DNA of 64,000 nt from Nitrospirota bacterium (lineage in GTDB: Bacteria; Nitrospirota; Thermodesulfovibrionia; Thermodesulfovibrionales; Dissulfurispiraceae). The stretch is from contig CAWBMP010000004.1 in the NCBI GenBank assembly GCA_963790025.1, positions 1,600,001-1,664,000 on the forward strand, read 5' to 3'. Numbering within the stretch: position 1 is the stretch's first letter; every line of letters starts with the position of its first letter. Positions 1 to 9,739 of this stretch are shown in pieces. The translations under genes and the position numbers were made by a program. The notes under the pieces were generated by a model. That model was not told the origin of the DNA and made no database searches. It saw nothing but the letters and a program-made list of their open reading frames with translations.

Positions 1-151
1 AATGCCTTGGTTTTGCACTTGTTAAAGCATATCCCATTTATCTGCCTGTGGCAAGTTAATTTTTTTGAAGCATTACAATCTCTAAAGTCGTTGATTTTTA
101 TAAAAAACTAAAGCGGTCAGGTCCTGGGGCTTGTAATAGTGGAATAATTAT

Positions 152-673
152 TTATCTGATGACCCGGTCCGTGCCTGATAAAGCTTGTTCGATTTCCTGG
201 AGAATGTCCTGTTTGAGCTTTGGCAGTTCTTTCCTAAGCAAATCGGCGGACGTGATTTCCTTGGGTATGGCCTCAAATCTTTTGCTGACGGCGTCCAGCA
301 AAAGATCTCTTTCCTGCCTGCTCTGTTCATTTGAGGACCGGGAAGGAACTGCGGCCTTAACAAGCTGGGCCAGCTGGTCGTTGCTGAGGGCAAGCCTCGC
401 ATCGATCGAGGCGAGCACGTTGAGCACCTGGTCGAGTTTGTCAACAGTCTGCCTGGATGAAACAGCAGAGAGCTGGGCTATATCTATCATTTGTCCCTGG
501 CAAGAACCGGGCAGAGAAATATCCGTCGGCCTCACCCATCTGCCGAGACAGACCTGTGGCCCGCCAGGGCCGTTTATGACCGTATATTCGTCAATTACCA
601 GAGACCAGACAGGCGCTGCACCGGAGAGGACAAAAATCAAACAAATTGCAGTAGCACAAACCAGCTTCTTCAT
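152..673 (-). CDS. hypothetical exported protein
   Basis: 173-aa ORF with a signal-peptide-like N-terminus (MKKLVCATAICLIFVLSGAAPVWS), GGAG RBS upstream, and a coiled-coil-like C-terminal half. Confidence 0.6.
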   Translation of the reverse strand: MKKLVCATAICLIFVLSGAAPVWSLVIDEYTVINGPGGPQVCLGRWVRPTDISLPGSCQGQMIDIAQLSAVSSRQTVDKLDQVLNVLASIDARLALSNDQLAQLVKAAVPSRSSNEQSRQERDLLLDAVSKRFEAIPKEITSADLLRKELPKLKQDILQEIEQALSGTDRVIR

Positions 674-789
674 GGCTCCTCCATTTCTTTTGCTTCTTAT
701 TCAATGAGCAGATTGCAGTTATAGTGCATATTATACAACTAAAATCGTTATATGAAGAGAAAACCAGCTGGAAGTAAGGTAAAATATAA

Positions 790-1062
790 ATGGGGACAGA
801 TTTAATGAATCATCAGCTTATTATTGAGGAAGAGAAGAAGATGCAGAGGCTGAAATGGGTCGTAGACCTCACTGCGGCTATCTTGATGCAGTCCGACATG
901 ACGCTGCATGAATCGCTTGCGCTGATGGACAATACAAAGAAAGCGGTGCTCAGCCTTTTCCCTGATAAAGAGTTCCTATACGACCTGATATATACACCTC
1001 GCTTCCGGAGAATACTTGACGAACGCTTCACGGTCCCGGACACTTACTCGGGCAAGAACTGA
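790..1062 (+). CDS. small hypothetical helical protein
   Basis: 90-aa ORF with protein-like composition (LFPDKEFLYDLIYTPRFRRIL) filling the gap between neighbouring genes. Confidence 0.6.
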   Translation: MGTDLMNHQLIIEEEKKMQRLKWVVDLTAAILMQSDMTLHESLALMDNTKKAVLSLFPDKEFLYDLIYTPRFRRILDERFTVPDTYSGKN

Positions 1063-1102
1063 CCCTAAAAATTCAAGCGCGTAAACAATAGGACAGAGCC
1101 AC

Positions 1103-1606
1103 CTACAGTTCCTTAATCAAAACCTCGGCAATTCCTTTCCGATGAGACGTTCTGTTTCCAGCAGTCGGATGACCCACGGCTACGACAGCCATTAATTCCA
1201 TTTCCGGAGGCAAGCCGAGGAACACCCGGACGTTGTCCGCATTTTTCAGTATCTCTCCAAGCCAGACTGCCCCAAGCCCAAGGGCATGTGCCGCAAGCAG
1301 CATATTCTGAATGCATGCTCCTATTGACTGATGGTCTTTGGTATCATTGTACATTGCCCGCCTGTCGGCGAATACTGCAATACACGCCGGGGCGCTCTCG
1401 ATGATCTTCCGGTATTTCGTGAACTCTGCCAGTCGTAACCGGGCCTCTTTCCCGATTATGATGACAAAACGCCAGGGCTGGTTATTCTGGCCGGACGGCG
1501 CCCAGGTCCCGGCCTTGATCATATCGATCAATCGCTCTCTCGCAACCGGCTCGTCGGTATATTGCCTGACGCTCCGCCGCGTATAAATACCATCAAGCAG
1601 ATCCAT
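1103..1606 (-). CDS. nitroreductase family protein
   Basis: Motifs TRRSVRQY, WAPSGQNNQPWRF and QNMLLAAHALGLGAVW; GGAGG RBS. Confidence 0.92.
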   Translation of the reverse strand: MDLLDGIYTRRSVRQYTDEPVARERLIDMIKAGTWAPSGQNNQPWRFVIIIGKEARLRLAEFTKYRKIIESAPACIAVFADRRAMYNDTKDHQSIGACIQNMLLAAHALGLGAVWLGEILKNADNVRVFLGLPPEMELMAVVAVGHPTAGNRTSHRKGIAEVLIKEL

Positions 1607-1898
1607 GGCACCTCCATAAAAATATCTTAGCGTTTTTTGTTATGCCCCGCCTATTGTCCTTACCTGACTTTTCTTCTTAAGTTTCTTGTATGCCTCATCA
1701 TCATTACGTTTACCTGCGACGCTTAAACGCAAAGTGTCTCCCATTACGTCTGTTTCATAATTACGCCCCTCAGCTAAAATAGCTTGTTTAGCTATAATGT
1801 ACTGTTGGGCATATTTACTGTCAAGATCCTAAACTTTTTATATTGAATCGAGGTATATTTAATGTAGGTATGGAATAGTGGCATAAGGGGGAGCACAA

Positions 1899-2249
1899 AT
1901 GGGATCACATCAGTGGGTGCAGGAATTTCCCGGGGCTGTCACGGTTTGTGGACCGGACGGAACTATCCTTGAGATGAATGATACGGCAGTCAGAACATTT
2001 CAAAAATGGGGAGGCAAAAAGTTATTGGGGACAAATCTGTTCGACTGCCACCCGGAGCCTGCACGTGCAAAACTTACACAACTAATGGAAGAGCAGCAAA
2101 TCAATATTTACACTATCGAGAAAAAAGGTACCAGGTATTTGGTCTATCAGACCCCATGGCGCGCGGACGCTCAATACCGTGGTTTTGTGGAAATAGTGAT
2201 AGAATTGCCGGCGTCTATTCCGCACTTTCAACGAGATGCCCAAAAATAA
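1899..2249 (+). CDS. standalone PAS-domain protein
   Basis: PAS-like pattern AVTVCGPDGTILEMN...LLGTNLFDCHPEP; GGGGGAG RBS. Confidence 0.75.
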   Translation: MGSHQWVQEFPGAVTVCGPDGTILEMNDTAVRTFQKWGGKKLLGTNLFDCHPEPARAKLTQLMEEQQINIYTIEKKGTRYLVYQTPWRADAQYRGFVEIVIELPASIPHFQRDAQK

Positions 2250-2269
2250 AACCGCAGAAGGAGAGAAAA

Positions 2270-2878
2270 ATGGAATATGATTTTCTCATAGACACTTATG
2301 ATACAGAACGACTGAAAACCCTTAGCGTTTGGAGCACGTTCATTGATGATGATCTTCGAATTCGCCCTCATCCATTGGATAAGAGAGACAGAAATGCCCT
2401 TGAACACATGGTGCATCAGTGTTTGAGTGAAAACAAGTGGTTTTGCAATATGTTCGGCATTGATGTCGGAGCACCTCCCTTGCCGGATCAGGAGACACGC
2501 ATCGAGTTTATAAAGCGGTATGCTGAAGATAGTGAAAAACGGCTTGTCGCTCTTAGGAAAAAGGATAAAGCCTGGTGGGAAAATGAGGTGTCCTTTTTCG
2601 ATGTTATCAAAACCAGGGCCTGGATCATGCTCAGAAGGATATCTCACACAGCGCATCACAGGGCAGAACAGGGAGTTTTGCTCAGGATGTTAGGAAGAAA
2701 AGTTTACAGTGTATATGGACCGTCGATCGATTCAGGATGTTTATCTGAAAACGGAGCAGTCACCATATACCCATATCCTGACATTAAATCTCTTATCGAA
2801 GGCGAGTCATCAGGCGGAAAGAAAGCGAAATTACCGGGACCTGGAGTCAAGCCATGCACAGAGCGTCCAGATTGCTGA
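2270..2878 (+). CDS. DinB/YfiT family protein
   Basis: Start moved to the ATG at 2270 (AAGGAG RBS); His motifs EHMVHQ and SHTAHHRAEQ. Confidence 0.8.
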   Translation: MEYDFLIDTYDTERLKTLSVWSTFIDDDLRIRPHPLDKRDRNALEHMVHQCLSENKWFCNMFGIDVGAPPLPDQETRIEFIKRYAEDSEKRLVALRKKDKAWWENEVSFFDVIKTRAWIMLRRISHTAHHRAEQGVLLRMLGRKVYSVYGPSIDSGCLSENGAVTIYPYPDIKSLIEGESSGGKKAKLPGPGVKPCTERPDC

Positions 2879-3115
2879 GGGAGTATGGGTTTTCTTAAAA
2901 AGTGAAAATCTCCGGAATGTTTTCCGTGAGGCGCACTATCGGCGCATTGAGAAAAACGAGCTTTCTCTTGAAAAGAAACAGTCTGTGATTGAAAAATTGA
3001 TAATGATTTATGTTAAGATTTGGGCAAATTGGTTAAACACCTTTTATATGATGCACTCATGAAAGAAATAAGTGATGGCAGATAATATTTTATCAGTATC
3101 GGAGATAGTAGTATT

Positions 3116-5626
3116 ATGACAGTCTTCCCCAACGCTTCGAAATCAACAATAGCGCCGGACGTCTTTTTCAAGCTTCTTGCGTCAGGTGTACTGGTGATTA
3201 CTTTGTTAGTCTTCGTGCTGGCAGGGCTGTCGCTTCGCCGTAGTCGGATCCACCATGAACAGGTGGCTTTTGTTACAGCCCAGAATTTTGCTCAGGTGAT
3301 CGGACAGTCTATCGGCGATCTTATCGACAAGATCGATGTGGTCTTGCTCACGGTAAAAGATGAAGCTGAGAAAGATTTAGCCACCGGCCATATCGAGAAG
3401 CAAAAAATGGATATATTTATCGCCAACCAGCTTGCGCGCATCCCGGAGCTTCAAGATATTCGGATATCCAATAAACAGGGCGAGATTGTCTACGGAATCT
3501 TTGAGAAAGACGGGAGAGGGAGAGGTATAAGCATCATCGACCGCGATTACTTTCTTCGCTTGCAGGGCGATCCGAAATCAGGGCTGGTAATACCCAAACC
3601 TCTGGTTGGGCGTATCAGAGGAAAATGGGCACTTGTCTTCGCCCGGCGTATAAACCTACCGGACGGATCTTTCGCAGGCATACTTTGGGGAGCGATTTCT
3701 CTGGAGACTTTCAGCAAGCTTCTTGCATCTGTCGATATCGGTCCACACGGTGGAATCAGCTTGCGTGATAGGGAAATGGGCATCATTGCACGCCACCCTG
3801 CACCGAAAGATATTGGCAGCATTATCGGCAACAAGACGTTGTCACCCGAATTGCGAAAACTCTTTGAAGCAGGCCAAACATCCGGCACATTTTTTACGCC
3901 GGCCAGTTGGGACAATATCGCCAAAGTGGTCTCTTACCGAAAGATAGCTAACTACCCTCTTTACGTCAACGTGGGCATTGCCACGGAAGACTATCTTGCC
4001 GAATGGCGGGACGAAATTGCAAAAATGTTTATTCTTGTGGCACTGTTTTTCCTGGTTGTGCTCTGTTTGGCATGGTTGCTCTACCGTTACATCACCGAGC
4101 GCAAGCAGGCGGAAGAGGAGTTGCGTCAGCGGACGGAGGAACTGGAAATGCTGATGGAGACAACGCCTGCAACGATCTGGATCGCCCGCGACCCGCTCTG
4201 CCGCGAGATAAGAGGCAACAAAACGGCCTATGAGCTTTTGCGGCTCCCCCCTGGCACTAACGTCTCTAAAAGCGCACCTGAGGGGCAGAAGCCGCTTAAT
4301 TTTGAAGCTTGCAATGAGAATGGGGTGATCCCCTCTGACGACCTGCCAATGCAGCGGTCCGCCCGCACCGGTGAGGCTGTAAAGGGTGCGGAATTCGAAT
4401 TCCGGTTCACAGACGGTCGCTCTGTATGGATATACGGGAATGCCGTGCCGCTGCGCGATGCCAAAGGAGCAGTTCGGGGCTCGGTGGGGGCCTTCGTGGA
4501 CATCACCGAGCGCAAGAAAGCTGAAGAGATTCTCCGAGAGAACGAGTCAAGATTCAGGACTGCTATTGAAAGTATTCCTTTTGATTTCTGGATGATGGGT
4601 AAAGACGGCCGATATATAATGCTAAACTCCACTTGTATAAAAAATTGGGGCTATATTATCGGAAAACGGCCGGAAGAGATTAATATGGACGCTGATGTCC
4701 TGTCGCTATTGCAGGAAAATAACAGGAAAGCCTTTGCCGGTGAAACAGTATATGGTGATGTAATGTTTATCGTCGGGGGTGAAGAAAGGTTCTTCCACAA
4801 CATAATCTCTCCCATTTATGATGATAAAACAATCCAGGGAATTTTAGGGATTAATATTGATATCACCGAGCGCAAGAAGATGGAAGAAGCGCTTAGAAAA
4901 TGGAATGAGGCCTTGGAATTGCGGGTTTTTGAACGGACCTCGGAATTAAAAACGGCACATGACAGGTTGCGTAATCTTGCGTTGCATTTACAGACTATCA
5001 GGGAAGAGGAGAGAACTAAGATGGCCCGCGATATACATGATGAACTTGGTCAGGTACTAACAGCTATGAAGATGGATTTAAGCTGGTTTCGAGACAATTA
5101 CCGGGACCATAAATCACTCTTTAACAGGACTGATGCGATGTTGGACAGACTTAATTCAACTATTCTGTCGGTGAGAAGCATCTGCACTGAGTTGAGACCC
5201 TCCATACTGGATGATTTCGGGCTCGTTGCTGCAATGGAATGGCAGGCGCATGAATTCGAGAAGCGTACAGGGATTGGGTGTATATTCAGTTCACAGCCTA
5301 ATGATATCGAACTGGATAAAGAGCGAAGCACAATACTTTTCAGGATATTCCAGGAAGCGCTGACAAATGTAATGAAACATGCGAAGGCGACAAAAGTGAT
5401 GTCCAGCCTGAAAAAAGATGACGAACGGATAGTGCTGGAAGTTATTGATAATGGTAAAGGCATAATAGAAGAAGAGCTTTCGAAGGCTCAATCCTTTGGC
5501 CTGATAGGTATGCGTGAGCGTGTTTTTCCATGGGGAGGAGAAGTGGAGATTTTAGGTACCGAAGGAGTAGGCACAACGGTAAAAGCATTTTTACCTCTTT
5601 CCCCCTCAGAGCAATCGAAAAACTAA
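3116..5626 (+). CDS. sensor histidine kinase (Cache-PAS-PAS-HisKA_3-HATPase), no adjacent response regulator
   Basis: Two TM segments flanking a Cache-like domain; PAC motifs DITERK; H-box ARDIHDELGQ; N-box QEALTNVMKHA; DNGKG. Confidence 0.92.
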   Translation: MTVFPNASKSTIAPDVFFKLLASGVLVITLLVFVLAGLSLRRSRIHHEQVAFVTAQNFAQVIGQSIGDLIDKIDVVLLTVKDEAEKDLATGHIEKQKMDIFIANQLARIPELQDIRISNKQGEIVYGIFEKDGRGRGISIIDRDYFLRLQGDPKSGLVIPKPLVGRIRGKWALVFARRINLPDGSFAGILWGAISLETFSKLLASVDIGPHGGISLRDREMGIIARHPAPKDIGSIIGNKTLSPELRKLFEAGQTSGTFFTPASWDNIAKVVSYRKIANYPLYVNVGIATEDYLAEWRDEIAKMFILVALFFLVVLCLAWLLYRYITERKQAEEELRQRTEELEMLMETTPATIWIARDPLCREIRGNKTAYELLRLPPGTNVSKSAPEGQKPLNFEACNENGVIPSDDLPMQRSARTGEAVKGAEFEFRFTDGRSVWIYGNAVPLRDAKGAVRGSVGAFVDITERKKAEEILRENESRFRTAIESIPFDFWMMGKDGRYIMLNSTCIKNWGYIIGKRPEEINMDADVLSLLQENNRKAFAGETVYGDVMFIVGGEERFFHNIISPIYDDKTIQGILGINIDITERKKMEEALRKWNEALELRVFERTSELKTAHDRLRNLALHLQTIREEERTKMARDIHDELGQVLTAMKMDLSWFRDNYRDHKSLFNRTDAMLDRLNSTILSVRSICTELRPSILDDFGLVAAMEWQAHEFEKRTGIGCIFSSQPNDIELDKERSTILFRIFQEALTNVMKHAKATKVMSSLKKDDERIVLEVIDNGKGIIEEELSKAQSFGLIGMRERVFPWGGEVEILGTEGVGTTVKAFLPLSPSEQSKN

Positions 5627-5662
5627 CGTCCGAAGCACGTAATTTTTACGAAACCGGGGATG

Positions 5663-6412
5663 TTACTTAGAATAGTCCGAAACATAGCTGGGAGGCTTCT
5701 GAATAACTTCAAGAGATGAGAGCCAGGAGGTCGAACTCTCCGCTGTGTTGTCAGAGTTATTCATGAAAGAGATACCTGCAGTTTCGGGCGGCACCTTCCC
5801 AAAGGCCTTTTTGTAATCATTTACTATATTTATTTCTTCATCGCGCCATCTTCCGATCTGTTCCTCTCCAGCCTCAAGCACTATGTATCTGAGCTGCTCA
5901 AAACTCGGGCTCGGGATTATCCTGTTTTTGTGTGGTTTGTTTGCCCAGATATAGCAGAGGGCGCTTTCAGGCGGATACCGCCCGTATATCTGTTTCGCAA
6001 GCAAATATTTTACCCTTGTGAAGAAACCGGCTTTTTGGGGATCATATTTGAACATGATAAAGAGGCGTGCAGGAGAGTCGCTCCTTTCCTTCTTCCGGAT
6101 GTCACCCTTCTTGTAAACATTGCTGACCTTCCATCTCCATTTTACAATGGGGTATTGGTAAACGTCGAATTCCTTGTTACAAAGAAGGGCCGAGGCTGAA
6201 CGGTCGCTCTGTGCTTTCAGGCAGGTGATACCGTTATCCACCGTCGCTTCGTAGGTCGTCTCCTTCCTGGTCTTATAAAAGCATAGCGGTTTCCAATCAT
6301 TCAGATTCTCGAAATTCTCCTGGATTATCGCAGTACTGTTCTCAGCCAGGACCATGGGAGTGACCCATGGCGAAATAATGAGAATTGCACATACGCAAAT
6401 TGATTTCCACAT
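5663..6412 (-). CDS. DUF3047-like exported protein
   Basis: Likely start MWKSICV at 6412 with a signal peptide; motifs KWRWKV, DSPAR, LCYIW, DYKKAFG, NNSDNT. Confidence 0.7.
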   Translation of the reverse strand: MWKSICVCAILIISPWVTPMVLAENSTAIIQENFENLNDWKPLCFYKTRKETTYEATVDNGITCLKAQSDRSASALLCNKEFDVYQYPIVKWRWKVSNVYKKGDIRKKERSDSPARLFIMFKYDPQKAGFFTRVKYLLAKQIYGRYPPESALCYIWANKPHKNRIIPSPSFEQLRYIVLEAGEEQIGRWRDEEINIVNDYKKAFGKVPPETAGISFMNNSDNTAESSTSWLSSLEVIQKPPSYVSDYSK

Positions 6413-6468
6413 AGACCTATGCCCATATTCTACAACATGAAAAAGCAAATGGCCACCCTGCGGTCCAT

Positions 6469-6574
6469 TTTTGCAGTTATGCAAAAGAAACGTCCCCTTT
6501 TGCAATTATGCCAAAGATTGATGGATTAAACCCTTTGAAAATCAACCCATTCATCATTGGCATGAGGAATGCAT
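6469..6574 (+). promoter_or_regulatory. sigma54 promoter with two upstream palindromic enhancer sites and an IHF-like site
   Basis: TGGCATGAGGAATGC at 6558-6572 has exact GG-N10-GC spacing; palindromes TTTTGCAgttaTGCAAAA (6469-6486) and TTTTGCAattaTGCcAAA (6498-6515); AATCAAcccaTTc (6540-6552) is a near match to WATCAANNNNTTR. Confidence 0.75.
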
Positions 6575-6622
6575 ATATAAAGGTAAGATGCAGACAAGAG
6601 TACAAGAAGGAGGTACAAAGAG

Positions 6623-6949
6623 ATGAAAAAGGGTGAGATGGCAAAAAAGGGATTATATACCGGAGCAGGAGCAGGATTGGTCTTATTTGCACTTATGGGG
6701 TTGCTGCCCGGGTCATTTATAGGCGGCGTCATCGGGATCAACATAGCGGGCAGTATTTTTGGGCTGCCGTTGGAAGCAACGGTGCTGCCGAGGATCATAG
6801 TTGGAGCATCTATGGTAATGGGAGTGATGCTGGCCGGGGTGGTATTTGTTGTGGGCAGTGCATTGATCGGCTGGCTCATAGGTCATGCTGTTGATGTTGT
6901 TAGGGAAGGCAGGACCGTTGTCGTGGAACATACAATTAAAAGCGAATAA
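6623..6949 (+). CDS. small Gly-rich membrane protein, paralog 1
   Basis: AGGAGG RBS; hydrophobic Gly-rich helices; clearly homologous to the next ORF (MAKKGLY.G.G.GL.LF.L.GLLPG.FIGG). Confidence 0.85.
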   Translation: MKKGEMAKKGLYTGAGAGLVLFALMGLLPGSFIGGVIGINIAGSIFGLPLEATVLPRIIVGASMVMGVMLAGVVFVVGSALIGWLIGHAVDVVREGRTVVVEHTIKSE

Positions 6950-6981
6950 TAAAATACAACACAATAAAGGAGGAAAATAAA

Positions 6982-7329
6982 ATGTCAACCAGCAGCAGGC
7001 ACGGAAGCGAGAATGAGATGGCAAAAAAGGGATTGTATATAGGTACAGGAATGGGACTGATACTGTTTGTCCTGGTGGGACTGCTTCCTGGAATATTTAT
7101 CGGGGGCATGGGCGGATTGAAGATTGGGGAGATACTGTTCGGGGCCGTATCAGCCGGGGCGATAATGCCGAGACTGATTGTTGCCTTTTCCATGATACTG
7201 GGGCTGCTTATGTCGGCGGTTGTTTTTATTGTCGGGTCCGGAGTGCTGGGCTGGACAGTGGGTTTTATAGCAGATGCGGTCAAGACCGGCAAGGTTACGG
7301 TGACAGAGACTGCTGAAAAGAATGCCTGA
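6982..7329 (+). CDS. small Gly-rich membrane protein, paralog 2
   Basis: AGGAGG RBS; tandem paralog of 6623-6949, sharing GAGATGGCAAAAAAGGGATT at the DNA level. Confidence 0.85.
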   Translation: MSTSSRHGSENEMAKKGLYIGTGMGLILFVLVGLLPGIFIGGMGGLKIGEILFGAVSAGAIMPRLIVAFSMILGLLMSAVVFIVGSGVLGWTVGFIADAVKTGKVTVTETAEKNA

Positions 7330-7695
7330 ATGATGCGGGAAGAGGGTATGAATAATTGTACTTTCTTGCTCGACTGCAAAGTCACTGCTGTGCGAGAATA
7401 TACCTCGTTATAGTAGCTGTTTACAGTCGCTTTTTTTTGAATTTCTCCATTTAGCCAAATTAATGATATCGCATCAGTGTCTATAATTACAATGTGCGGA
7501 CACCGATTCCTGACCATTGCTGACAGTTTTTGATTCCTCACGGAAATCAACACCTGGCAGCGATCATTCAAGAGCGAAGGTTTCTTTTTACAATCAACGC
7601 TCGCAGGCCCAAGAGGCAACATTGAAGAAGCAGCGCAAAAACCAGACATTTCTATTTTGGTAAAAACAGGATTAACAGACCTTTCAAAATTTAAC

Positions 7696-7724
7696 TTGAC
7701 ATTCACCCCCATTAGAGATAGAGT
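7696..7724 (+). promoter_or_regulatory. sigma70-type promoter with no clear downstream CDS
   Basis: TTGACA-N17-TAGAGT. Confidence 0.5.
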
Positions 7725-8044
7725 TGAATCAGAGGACAGGATTGCAGTGCTTGTCTATGGAATTTAGCCATAGGATCAACTACAGTAAGAGAGCGGGTGT
7801 CTGTTGCGGTGTGCAAGCCCTCAGCAGCGAGAGGGAAGCCTAAAGCATCAGCCGAAGCCTCAAACTAAGAGAAAAAGACTATGGAAAGCCATGGAGAGCA
7901 TTGCAAATAATTATAGTGGAAGAGCTGTGCGGTGTGTTAATCAAGTAAAACGCAAATCACCGTATGGCTCTTTTTATGTTTGTTAAAGCCGTCTCAAGAA
8001 AGGTGAGGTAGTCCCCAATTGAAGGACTACTCCAGCTCGGCATT

Positions 8045-8794
8045 CTAATTATTCCCGATCTGGTTCATTGCTTTATTCAGGACTGTTATCCACTGTCTAT
8101 AACCGCTAGAACTAGGGTGGATGCCATCATCGAGAAAATATTGTTGAATTATCCGGCCGTTAGAATCCGCAAGAACATTCCAAGTGTCCACAAAAATGCA
8201 ATTACTACGCCTTTCGCACAAAGACTTTATAGTGCGATTAGCCTCTGTAATATCTGATTCTTTCATTTTCATCCACCCCCCATTAGTTTTGACAGGCATT
8301 ACTGAACTCCATATCAACGGCCTGTCTTTAGGGAGCGCGTCGAGTATTTTACTATACCTTTCTGGCAAGCCCTGCTGTCGGCCCTGCCATATGTCATTTA
8401 TCCCTATGGCCAAAACAATCGCTCTTGCTCTGTGCAACGACTTGTAATACGGAAGCGCGTCTATCAACTCTGCGGTAATCTCCCCGCCAATTCCATAGTT
8501 GACAGAATAGGGGGCAACCGCAGCCGTAGCCAAGCCCTGCGTAATGCTATCACCAAGGAAGACAACTGATTTCTCGGGGACAAACTCGTCCATCCACTTA
8601 TGGTATGTTAACATCTCTTTATAATGCTGATAATCAGGTGGAAGTGGCCTGGCAGTGTAAGGATTTAAGCCAAACTTGTCCTTAAACTTTGGAATGAAAT
8701 CTGTTTTTACAATCAATATACCAACAAAAAGATGGAGACAAATGATGTAGATAACTACCGGCCAGCGCCATCCCTTGTGCTGTTTGTTAATCAT
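8045..8794 (-). CDS. SGNH/GDSL hydrolase with N-terminal membrane anchor
   Basis: Blocks FLGDSIT, NYGIGG, IGIND and DGIHP. Confidence 0.9.
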   Translation of the reverse strand: MINKQHKGWRWPVVIYIICLHLFVGILIVKTDFIPKFKDKFGLNPYTARPLPPDYQHYKEMLTYHKWMDEFVPEKSVVFLGDSITQGLATAAVAPYSVNYGIGGEITAELIDALPYYKSLHRARAIVLAIGINDIWQGRQQGLPERYSKILDALPKDRPLIWSSVMPVKTNGGWMKMKESDITEANRTIKSLCERRSNCIFVDTWNVLADSNGRIIQQYFLDDGIHPSSSGYRQWITVLNKAMNQIGNN

Positions 8795-8827
8795 GATTGT
8801 TGCCTCGCTTCCAAATACAATCTTACC

Positions 8828-9003
8828 TCAAATCCCAAGGAATGTTTCACGGTCAGCGTCATCACTGAAAATTGACTTCTTCTCGTTTCCACGAGAAGTA
8901 ACATGATATACAGCGCCAGGATACTTTATCCGCAACGGTCGAGCCATAACAGCCAATTTATCATATTCATCATGAACATGTAAAACATTATAGACCTGAC
9001 CCC
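8828..9003 (-). pseudogene. truncated Y1 HUH (RAYT-like) transposase with its upstream GGGGTCAGGTCT end motif
   Basis: ATG at 8947 gives MARPLRIKYPGAVYHVTSRGNEKKSIFSDDADRETFLGI then a stop, a typical RAYT-type N-terminus cut off before the HUH motif; GGGGTCAGGTCT at 9003-8992. Confidence 0.8.
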
Positions 9004-9011
9004 ATCTCCCC

Positions 9012-9107
9012 CGTTTTCTGAGCCGCGCAGACGTGGTACAAATCACCGGGAAAAGTTACCGGCTCAAAGATAGTGCTTGCAAAAACAAAAATGAAAATGG
9101 TAAATAA
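9012..9107 (+). pseudogene. istB: 3' remnant of IS21-family helper ATPase
   Basis: Translates RFLSRADVVQITGKSYRLKDSACKNKNENGK*, matching the IstB C-terminal I.G.SYRL motif; not in the ORF track. Confidence 0.75.
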
Positions 9108-9130
9108 AACAGGAAAGAGGTATAAGCAAA

Positions 9131-9676
9131 GTGGAGAGAGGAAATCTGCCGCAGGTGACTAGTAACGACCAACCAATTTTTGTCTTGCGCTATCGTCGTT
9201 GTGCGATAATATTGCACTGGTTTTTATGTTTGCTTCTGATTCCCGCAATGTTTTATGGCATATTCTTGGATCCGATTAGTAAGCCTATTATTGAGGAGGT
9301 CATTCGCAGAATGGCAAGGGCATTTGTTTTTATCGTTTCTATTGACCTGTTGTTCAATTTATTGTTTTTTAAAGAAGTCAGACTATACTCAGACAGAATC
9401 TCTAAGGTGTGGCATTTGTTTGGATCAAGGGATATCCCACTACGAGATGCAATGTTAAAAGGACGGAACTTTTATGCGAGACCGCGTAGAATCTATGACT
9501 TAAGAAAGAACCCATTTCTAAGATTTCTTAGTGGTATATTTTATAGGGAGGACATGGCAAGTAAAACAGATTATAGAAAAATGACGAGCTTATTAGCAGA
9601 ATTGTCAGGCAGGAGCGTCCAAGAATTTGAACAATCTAAATTTAGTTTTAAAAGACTAATCATGGTAAAAAAATAG
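9131..9676 (+). CDS. hypothetical membrane protein, passenger inside the IS21 remnant
   Basis: 181-aa AT-rich ORF with two hydrophobic segments, lying between the istB remnant and the IS21-like end. Confidence 0.6.
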   Translation: MERGNLPQVTSNDQPIFVLRYRRCAIILHWFLCLLLIPAMFYGIFLDPISKPIIEEVIRRMARAFVFIVSIDLLFNLLFFKEVRLYSDRISKVWHLFGSRDIPLRDAMLKGRNFYARPRRIYDLRKNPFLRFLSGIFYREDMASKTDYRKMTSLLAELSGRSVQEFEQSKFSFKRLIMVKK

Positions 9677-9686
9677 AACCTTATAT

Positions 9687-9738
9687 TGGCGGGTTTTAAA
9701 CCGCCCCTACCTGGCTGGTTTTAATCCGACCGCTGACA
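9687..9738 (+). mobile_element. IS21-family right end
   Basis: Two related 20-mers, TGGCGGGTTTTAAACCGCCC (9687) and TGGCTGGTTTTAATCCGACC (9712), then terminal TGACA; downstream of the istB remnant and directly followed by a truncated gene. Confidence 0.7.
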
Positions 9739-9739
9739 G

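Noticed and set aside
1650..1670. CCTAT followed by TGT, as expected for the second transposon end with its target duplication
   Set aside because: No TGCARTAAAGT-like sites follow it, so it is probably a chance 8-mer
6526..7712. Minus-strand ORFs of 117, 103 and 258 aa
   Set aside because: They are antisense shadows of the two RBS-bearing paralogous membrane genes
8843..8858. parS site (TGTTTCACG half-site)
   Set aside because: Only one half matches and it lies in the transposase remnant; I saw no full parS palindrome in the window despite parAB
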